The notes under the pieces: generated by a model
The model's input: the letters and a program-made list of their open reading frames with translations, nothing else
Database searches by the model: none
Told to the model about the DNA's origin: nothing
Made by a program: the position numbers and the translations under genes
Shown here: one piece after another, positions 64,000-64,000 of the stretch
Layout of the letters: the number at the start of each line of letters is the position of its first letter
Position numbering within the stretch: position 1 is the stretch's first letter
DNA from: a virus
Direction: 5' to 3' (one strand)
Virus record (IMG/VR): IMGVR_UViG_3300017818_000007
Coordinates: 117,868 to 181,867 of that record
Length of the DNA stretch: 64,000 nt

Positions 64000-64000
64000 A

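Noticed and set aside
1-64000. Stop-codon reassignment; tRNA genes
   Set aside because: Standard code gives dense, tightly coupled ORFs that use TAA, TAG and TGA as stops; no T-arm/D-arm tRNA pattern seen in the short intergenic gaps
1-64000. Avoidance of GATC, GANTC, GGCC, CCGG or common 6-bp palindromes (GAATTC, GGATCC)
   Set aside because: Examples are readily found, so depletion appears specific to AGCT, GCWGC and GTWAC

Overview
64 kb segment of a large AT-rich dsDNA tailed phage, a distant T4-like myovirus. Spanin-like lipoproteins, sigma70-type promoters and AGGAG ribosome-binding sites suggest a Gram-negative, probably proteobacterial host (inference). Positions 1-23066 (+ strand) are virion tail/baseplate genes: a 5'-truncated >4480-aa baseplate-type protein and four paralogous tail-fibre genes. 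Positions 23110-64000 (- strand) hold nucleotide metabolism (ThyX, dCMP deaminase), a MoxR/VWA pair split by two restriction-endonuclease-like genes, and a 7-deazaguanine DNA-modification set (DpdA, QueD-like, FolE, QueE; no QueC seen) with an embedded glycosyltransferase. They also hold family B DNA polymerase and clamp, a cluster of probable capsid-internal proteins, ClpA/ClpP/DnaJ/peptide deformylase and lysis-type lipoproteins. The most striking sequence-level signal is that AGCT, GCWGC and GTWAC appear absent from the whole window. This was scanned by eye and needs a k-mer count. No tRNA, CRISPR array, intron, intein or IS element was recognised. Protein calls rest on motifs and recalled family resemblance; no database search was run.
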